Below, piece after piece: positions 25,934 to 31,957 of a stretch of 31,957 nt of DNA. The notes below the pieces were generated by a model that made no database searches, was not told the origin of the DNA, and saw only the letters and a list, made by a program, of their open reading frames with translations. Source of the stretch: Myxococcota bacterium (GTDB lineage Bacteria; Myxococcota_A; Polyangia; Polyangiales; Houyiibacteriaceae). The stretch is from positions 1 to 31,957 of the forward strand of contig JBCCEA010000042.1 in the NCBI GenBank assembly GCA_039030515.1. The letters are read 5' to 3'. The stretch's first letter is position 1, and each line of letters begins with the position of its first letter. The position numbers were made by a program, and so were the translations under genes.

Positions 25934-28900
25934 ATGAGGGCGTCGAAGGACTACTTAGAGGGTCTGATTCAGCTCCACCGAATTGAGACTTCCGAGTGCA
26001 CCTCGGTGTTTCGACAAAGCATGGCTGCTCTGGCTCGGAGTGTAACCAGCCAAAGCCGGCCAGTCCCTTTTGAAGGTTTCGATCCCGATGCGCTGCTCTG
26101 TTCAGTGCAATTCGCTATTGATTCCAAACTGATAGACGATCTTTCGTTTCTTTCTGCACCCGCAGCCGCAGCCGCACTCTACGAACTCGCTGCGGCACTG
26201 CCCGCAAGCCACGCCAAACGCGAACTGGGCAAGAGAGTGCTCCATCGGCTGCGCGGTGGAAACGCCACCACCTTTATTGCCCTAGCCACCCGACTGGCGC
26301 TTGGCTCTCCGAAAGCACTTAGCGGACCAGGTCTGCACGAACGGATGGCGCTTTCGCTAGAGCTGCCGATCGGATACGACGCACCCTCCGATGCTTTCGC
26401 ACTTGCCCTGGTCTCTCGCAAGGAACTGGAGCATGAGTGGCTCACACAACCGTCGACCGGGTCCTTACCGCAGCGTAGATTGGCGGCCCGTCTTCTCGAA
26501 CGGGCCGCCCGCGAAGCCGCGATACGGCATGCGGAGGGCGACGACAGCGGGATACAGGTATTCAACCTACCCCGCGTGCGCTTGGCTTGGACCCGTCTGC
26601 TTTCAGATCGGGAACCCATGGTCTGGCGGCATATCGCTACCGCACGAGGCCTACTCGCGACCTCGGTGGAGCACTGCGCCAAGGAGATACTTGTAGATCT
26701 TCATGAGAACCGTACACCAAACGAGTGGAGGCGGGCCGCCACCTCGCTTACAGCATCGATGGCGGTCGACCCAGATGGCGGCCTCCGCAGGGCACGGCAG
26801 ATTACCCGAAGCCGGATCATAAGAAAGGACCCGGGGATTCGCGCAGCGATGGTGCTTGGATTGCCGCGCGCAACGGAGAGCGACCCGAGCGCCGCAAAAT
26901 CACTTCTAGAAGAACTGGTTCAAACGGGAGGCCTAGGTACGGCCGAAGCACTCGTTGTTCTTCGTCGAGAGCGGCCGGGAGACGCCTTTGGCAATCGTGC
27001 AGCGGCACTGGCGCGAAACCAACTTGAAACCGAACTCGCACAGTCGGATCCGAACGACGACGGGAAAACGGCCCTCATTGAATCGCTCATCGGCGAACTC
27101 GAAACGGATGGTTCGCGCGGGTCGCTACCTGATCGCGTAGCTCAGGCCATTGGGTCTTTTTTTACAGAGGACGCAAGAAAAGCCCATGCGGACGCCCTCG
27201 AAGTATTGGAGCTTTCCGCATCCAAAGTGCGAGAACTAGAGTCGATCGACGAATCGAATCGTGAGAATCGCAAAAGAAGTTTCATCCTGCTGCGCGAACT
27301 TGATCTTGCCTTGCTGGAGACCAACCAGCTGCGCAACCTGATCAACCTCCGCTCTCGGGCGCAAGGATCCGCCGGGAATGCCCTGGGCGATCTCTTTGAA
27401 CGTATGACGCATTGGCTGATCGAGCGGGAAGGCACCCCCGTAGAGCCTTCAGCAGCGCAGTCACAGCCTAGCCTCCGACACCAGCGACTTCGAACGATGC
27501 TGCATCTGATCGACGCCGACGGTGTTCAGGTGGACGAACGGGTAGAGATCTTAAGAAGACGTCGAAAGCGAGCAGCACGAGTGTTCCTCAAGCGCGCTGC
27601 ACTCGATCAGACCGAGCACATACATCAAACTTTATGCGCTACGACCTCAAAATCTTTCGATGCCCTGATTCGGGAAGAAATCGCAGAGGCATCCGACATC
27701 GTGCTCGGCGTATCCCGTACTATCGATACGCCGGAGGATGTGCAACTCTTTGCCGAAGCGTCTACCGCACCGGAAATTAAGGTCACGCTCAGCGCACTCG
27801 TTTCGCTACGAAACCAAATCCAAGAAAGCCCCAGAAGCGGCCAAGGGGTGCGAGACTGTCTCGACGAACTCACCAGGTTTACCCAGCGTCTTCCGATCGG
27901 CAGCTCTCCGAGAGTGTCGGCCTTGCGATTGGCCTTACTGGCTTTTGGCCGTGCCCTAGAGAAGATCGCGGCAATCGGCTCACTCTCGGAGCTCGAAGGT
28001 GATGGAGATCAAATCGTTCCGGAACTGGCGGAGACAACCCAGGTGCTTGCACGCCTTAGTTTCGGGGCCAGTCGTCGCATTGGGATGAGCGTTCCCCACC
28101 AACTGCCTTCCTCCGGCAGCGCCATCCATCTCGTAGATTTCGCAGTCGACCGAGTCCTTCGAGGAAACGACCGCTCTGCACTCGAGCACGCACTCGAGGA
28201 AGCCTCGGAAACCTTGAAGTCGGAGTTGCCACGGGTCTTTTGTTCCATCGCTATTTCTGTCTTACGAAGACTGGGCACCCTGCCCAACACGGCCAAGACC
28301 CGGGGACGCCCCAGCTTTCCCGCACCGCGGCCCAAGGAATCTCCTCTGCCGGCGTGGATGCCCTCCAGCCGGACCCTTGGGGGTTTCTACGTGCTTCGGC
28401 AGCTGGGCTCCGGGGCAGTGGGTTCGGTTTTTGTGGCACGCAGGAGCGATGAGCGGACGACGGAGTTGGCAGAGCGTTTTGCGCTTAAAGTGCCAGAATA
28501 CGACGGTTCCGCAGCGCGAGCGCTGAGTGAGGATGAGTTTCACGCCCTGTTTCGCGACGAGGCCGGCGCCCTGCTTGCGCTCCCAGCACACAAAAACATC
28601 GCTCGTTTCGTGACCTTTGACGCAGGAGCAAAGCCCAAACCCATTCTTGTCATGGAGCTCGTCGAGGGACCGACTCTGGACCGAGTGCTCGAACTCGGCG
28701 ATCTGAGTCTAAGTGAAGCATTCTCCATGCTAGACGGAGTCGCGGCCGGTCTCGAAGAAATGCATCGAGTCGGCGTTGGGCACTTGGACGTCAAGCCTGG
28801 CAACGTGATTCTCAGGGAGATCTCCGGCAGCATACGCACCCCAGTTCTGGTCGACTTCGGTTTGGCGGGACGACACCTCCGCCCGGGATGCGCGACGGCA

Positions 28901-29260
28901 GAGTACGGCGCTCCCGAGATATGGAACCATCGCTCTGATATCGGACCCACCGCCGCAGACGTATACGCGTTTTCTTGCCTGGTATATGAAGTCGTGACCG
29001 GGCAAACTCTCTTCACCGCCAGCCACGAGGTTGCGATGATCGCGTCACACATCAATCACGACGGTTACCCGGCACCCATCGCCGAGCTCATCGAGAATCA
29101 GGCTACTTCGGCTCTCGGCTCGCTGCTGGCCACTGGTCTGCGTAATCATCCAGAGAGTCGATCAACGATCAGCACGATTCGCAAAGGCCTTTCGCGTATC
29201 GGTGAGGACCTGCACGGAGACACTTGGCCGATGAGGATCACCAGACGGCTTGCGGGTTAG
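25934..29260 (+). CDS. Hanks-type Ser/Thr protein kinase with ~800-aa helical N-terminal region and C-terminal kinase domain
   Basis: LGSGAVG, ALK, HLDVKPGN, DFG, APE, ADVYAF in the last ~300 aa. Confidence 0.9.
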   Translation: MRASKDYLEGLIQLHRIETSECTSVFRQSMAALARSVTSQSRPVPFEGFDPDALLCSVQFAIDSKLIDDLSFLSAPAAAAALYELAAALPASHAKRELGKRVLHRLRGGNATTFIALATRLALGSPKALSGPGLHERMALSLELPIGYDAPSDAFALALVSRKELEHEWLTQPSTGSLPQRRLAARLLERAAREAAIRHAEGDDSGIQVFNLPRVRLAWTRLLSDREPMVWRHIATARGLLATSVEHCAKEILVDLHENRTPNEWRRAATSLTASMAVDPDGGLRRARQITRSRIIRKDPGIRAAMVLGLPRATESDPSAAKSLLEELVQTGGLGTAEALVVLRRERPGDAFGNRAAALARNQLETELAQSDPNDDGKTALIESLIGELETDGSRGSLPDRVAQAIGSFFTEDARKAHADALEVLELSASKVRELESIDESNRENRKRSFILLRELDLALLETNQLRNLINLRSRAQGSAGNALGDLFERMTHWLIEREGTPVEPSAAQSQPSLRHQRLRTMLHLIDADGVQVDERVEILRRRRKRAARVFLKRAALDQTEHIHQTLCATTSKSFDALIREEIAEASDIVLGVSRTIDTPEDVQLFAEASTAPEIKVTLSALVSLRNQIQESPRSGQGVRDCLDELTRFTQRLPIGSSPRVSALRLALLAFGRALEKIAAIGSLSELEGDGDQIVPELAETTQVLARLSFGASRRIGMSVPHQLPSSGSAIHLVDFAVDRVLRGNDRSALEHALEEASETLKSELPRVFCSIAISVLRRLGTLPNTAKTRGRPSFPAPRPKESPLPAWMPSSRTLGGFYVLRQLGSGAVGSVFVARRSDERTTELAERFALKVPEYDGSAARALSEDEFHALFRDEAGALLALPAHKNIARFVTFDAGAKPKPILVMELVEGPTLDRVLELGDLSLSEAFSMLDGVAAGLEEMHRVGVGHLDVKPGNVILREISGSIRTPVLVDFGLAGRHLRPGCATAEYGAPEIWNHRSDIGPTAADVYAFSCLVYEVVTGQTLFTASHEVAMIASHINHDGYPAPIAELIENQATSALGSLLATGLRNHPESRSTISTIRKGLSRIGEDLHGDTWPMRITRRLAG

Positions 29261-29329
29261 CAACTACGTCGACCTCCGCCGGGCAGCCGCCCTGTTGCTC
29301 GCGGCATTGCAGCCTCAAACTCACAGACA

Positions 29330-29770
29330 ACGAGCTCGACCATCTCGCCTACCCCTATCTGGTTGAGTTGACCGCTGCAGTCCCTGGTGCCGGAGGGTTT
29401 ATGCGGGGCTACGAGGGATCACCATCAGACGACGGGAACGCGTCTTTTGCGTACCCGCTGGCCACTGGACAGCGACTTCACCGAATTTCCGACCGCTTCC
29501 CCACGACCCCGGTGGAAGGTTTGAACGACTTCTTTCTGGCTTGGGAGGTCGTCGGCGTACTGCCCTTCGTCAACGGTTTCCTCGGCTATCATCACTATCG
29601 CACCGACCAAGGCTTTGACTCTCTCGGACACGAGGTGGACCTCGTCCTGAGCTTTCCGGTTCTCACCCACCTCACCATCGGCTTTACGGGTGGCCCTTTC
29701 TTCATCGGCGAACGGGACGAGGACCCGGACGCGGTCATTGCCGCCATCGACTTTGTGATCAACATATGGG
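29330..29770 (+). pseudogene. C-terminal fragment of an alginate-export-family outer-membrane beta-barrel
   Basis: 'GYE..SDDGNASFAYPLAT..HRISDRF.TTP.EGLND' and 'YHHY..D....LGHEVDL' resemble that family's C-terminus; no N-terminal half or signal peptide; boundaries approximate. Confidence 0.55.
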
Positions 29771-29843
29771 CGACGGCATGCCGTGCCTCTTCTTTTCGTC
29801 CCTCATCCCAGTGTGTACTAACCCATCAAACCAAGGAACCACC

Positions 29844-31034
29844 GTGTCCAAACCAATACATGCATCCACCTTCATGATCTTTGTCCTGCTGGGCTGTTCG
29901 TCGGTTCGACCAAACGTCACACATGCGCCAGCCACATCGACCGCCGGCGAAAGCTCAGCCCGATCAGCCCAGGTGGAGGCGTCCGAAGGCGAGAGCCTCG
30001 AGGCGCAGGTGGAGATGTTCCAACCCATCCTCGCGCAGCCGAGCTACACGCACTGCAATGATGAGGTGCTCGGTCCGGTCGAAGGTCATCGGTCACCCTA
30101 TCCAGCGGCCACGCCACCTCGCTGCTCCGTGAACCGCCACGGCCAAACGGAAAGGTTGGATGGTGTAGAAATGACGCATCACTTCGTAGACGCCGGCGGT
30201 ATGACTTTTCACTTCGTGACTGCGGGAAATCGGGACAATCCGGCAGTGTTGCTTGTTCACGGTCTGCCTGAGTCTTGGTATGGGTTCCACCATCAGGTCG
30301 CGGCTCTTTCCGATGACTACTACGTCATAGCGATCGACATGCCGGGCTACGGCCAGTCGGACAAACGGCTAGAGCTTGACCACAGCTTTTCCGGCCACGC
30401 GCGCTACGTGGGTGCACTGCTCGACACGTTGGGCGTGACGGACTTCTTCCTCGCGACTCATGACCGTGGCTCCGTGCTCGGCGAGAACTTGATCGGCACT
30501 GTGCCTGGCATGCAGCAACGCGTTCAACGGTGGGTGCGCATGCAGCAGTCGGCGAACGAGCCTCATGGTTATCCGCGTCCTCCCCATGCGCTTTTTGCCG
30601 ATCCCGAGTACGGCCCGAGGGTGCTGAAGGCCGATGGGGTTCTGGCGGTCAGCTACGACGCCAACGCCAACCCGCCGTATATCGCGCGCGACCTCTCCGA
30701 GGAACACATGGCGCGACTGAAGTTCGAATGGCACTACGAAGGCATCGCCGAAGCGGTAAGCGCGAACTTTCAAACATCCAACTTCGACATCGAGTTTGAG
30801 CGCCGGATGGGCGACGATGGGTTGGTTCACCGAATGACGATGCCGATCCTGTTTCTCCAGGGCGAGGTCGACCCCGGGCAGAAACCCGAAGAGTACAAAA
30901 ACAGCGCAGAAGTCTACCCGAACGACCAGAACGAAGTAGTCATTCTTGAGGGTGCAGGCCATTTCACGGCGTCAGAGCAACCTGCGATCGTGAGCGCTTA
31001 CATCCGCACGTTCTTTGAGGGGGAGCGACTCTAG
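29844..31034 (+). CDS. Alpha/beta hydrolase, epoxide hydrolase/dehalogenase-like, probable lipoprotein
   Basis: Oxyanion HGLPE, nucleophile elbow THDRGS (Asp), catalytic His in GAGHF; lipobox VLLGC; AAGGA upstream of GTG 29844. Confidence 0.85.
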   Translation: MSKPIHASTFMIFVLLGCSSVRPNVTHAPATSTAGESSARSAQVEASEGESLEAQVEMFQPILAQPSYTHCNDEVLGPVEGHRSPYPAATPPRCSVNRHGQTERLDGVEMTHHFVDAGGMTFHFVTAGNRDNPAVLLVHGLPESWYGFHHQVAALSDDYYVIAIDMPGYGQSDKRLELDHSFSGHARYVGALLDTLGVTDFFLATHDRGSVLGENLIGTVPGMQQRVQRWVRMQQSANEPHGYPRPPHALFADPEYGPRVLKADGVLAVSYDANANPPYIARDLSEEHMARLKFEWHYEGIAEAVSANFQTSNFDIEFERRMGDDGLVHRMTMPILFLQGEVDPGQKPEEYKNSAEVYPNDQNEVVILEGAGHFTASEQPAIVSAYIRTFFEGERL

Positions 31035-31181
31035 GCGCTTCGCCCCATCACCGCGCGTCGATGTCTTGCTCCGGTCGTTTGGAGGCCACAGCGGTTCGCT
31101 AAATCGAGCCAGCACGCGCCGTGTAATGTTCGCAGCGATTCAGTTCGGACCTTGCCACCCGACCATTGAAGAAGACACCTG

Positions 31182-31629
31182 ATGAACAAGTTCATCGCCA
31201 TTTGTGATCCAGACCGCTTTCGTGCTGCTGAAGTGCGTCTTGAGCTGATCAAGCTGCAGACCGAATACCTGATCGACCCTGAGGACGCGGTAGTCGCTAC
31301 GCGGACACCGAAAGGAAAGATCAGGTTGGATCAGCCGGTCAACCTCACCGCCGCAGGTGCTGCCGATACCGGCCTGTGGGGCACGTTGATCGGTCTTTTG
31401 TTCATGAACCTGCTCCTCGGCGCCGGCATTGGTGCGGCTGCGAGCGCGGTTCGCGGGGCGCTTACCGATGTGGGCATCAGCGACGATATGATGAAGGCGA
31501 TCGCCAGCGGCCTTACCGAAAATGATTCCGCACTGTTTGTGCTGGTTCGGTCGGCGACGATCGAATCTTTCCCATCAGGATCAGGATCGTCTTCAGAAGG
31601 CGCTAGACGAGGCACGTGTCGACGATTGA
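31182..31629 (+). pseudogene. DUF1269-family membrane protein, frameshifted near the 3' end
   Basis: Typical body (DAVVA..GKIRL.Q, GLWGTLIGLLF, GALTDVGISDD, SALFVLVR). The family-like C-terminus SNLSHQDQDRLQKALD lies in the +1 frame, ending TGA at 31629. Confidence 0.75.
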
Positions 31630-31739
31630 GAGACCTCGGTCCTTAGCTCCGACACATCTCCAACATCGAAGGAGGCAAGCAGCTGTTTGGGCCGACTCAA
31701 CTACCACACCCAGGGGGCCGAGTTGGTCCAAACAGCCAG

Positions 31740-31957
31740 CGCCCCCCCAGCACGCCTCGCTAGGCCTGAACGCCCGCTTTCCTCCCATGCTCGACGTTCG
31801 AAGTATCGTTAATACTCCTTCACGTCTGCGCGTGCGGGGCGCTAAGCGTTCACACCCATCGTGACGCCCTCCCAGCACGCCTCGCTAGGCCTGAACGCCC
31901 GCTTTCCTCCCATGCTCGACGTTCGAAGTATCGTTAATACTCCTTCACGTCTGCGCG
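31740..31957. repeat. 93-bp direct repeat with 125-bp period, second copy cut by the window end
   Basis: 31740-31832 matches 31865-31957 with one mismatch (31745 C vs 31870 T). Confidence 0.95.

Noticed and set aside
2274..29055. Numerous 60-210 aa antisense or alternate-frame ORFs
   Set aside because: Shadow ORFs expected in GC-rich coding DNA; no recognisable motifs and fully overlapping better-supported genes.
31603..31878. Short ORFs over the terminal repeat
   Set aside because: No motifs or ribosome-binding site, and the 125-bp period is not a multiple of 3.

Overview
GC-rich bacterial DNA. Gene content (hybrid histidine kinases, a PilZ protein, a eukaryote-like Ser/Thr kinase, an FG-GAP protein, several lipoproteins) suggests a myxobacterium (Myxococcota); this is inference only. 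Both window ends lie in direct repeats (17-bp tandem array at 1-138; 93-bp duplication at 31740-31957). Most of the window is housekeeping: DUF47 plus PiT phosphate transporter, hemH, speE, acyl-CoA synthetase, NhaC-family antiporter, methyltransferase lipoprotein, FG-GAP protein, pyrophosphatase, cyclophilin, DCC1-like protein, fatty-acid desaturase, OmpR-type two-component pair, membrane MutS-like ATPase and a large Ser/Thr kinase. A decaying accessory tail follows 29260 (porin fragment, alpha/beta hydrolase, frameshifted DUF1269). The best candidate for an undescribed system is the minus-strand four-gene operon at 2178-9508: PilZ/GNAT-like protein, SAM methyltransferase, V4R-like double-kinase hybrid sensor, and receiver plus pseudo-kinase. 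It is preceded by three phased palindromic boxes and resembles a signal-synthase/receptor cassette analogous in architecture to Ralstonia phcBSR. All family calls come from motif recognition by eye; no database search was run.
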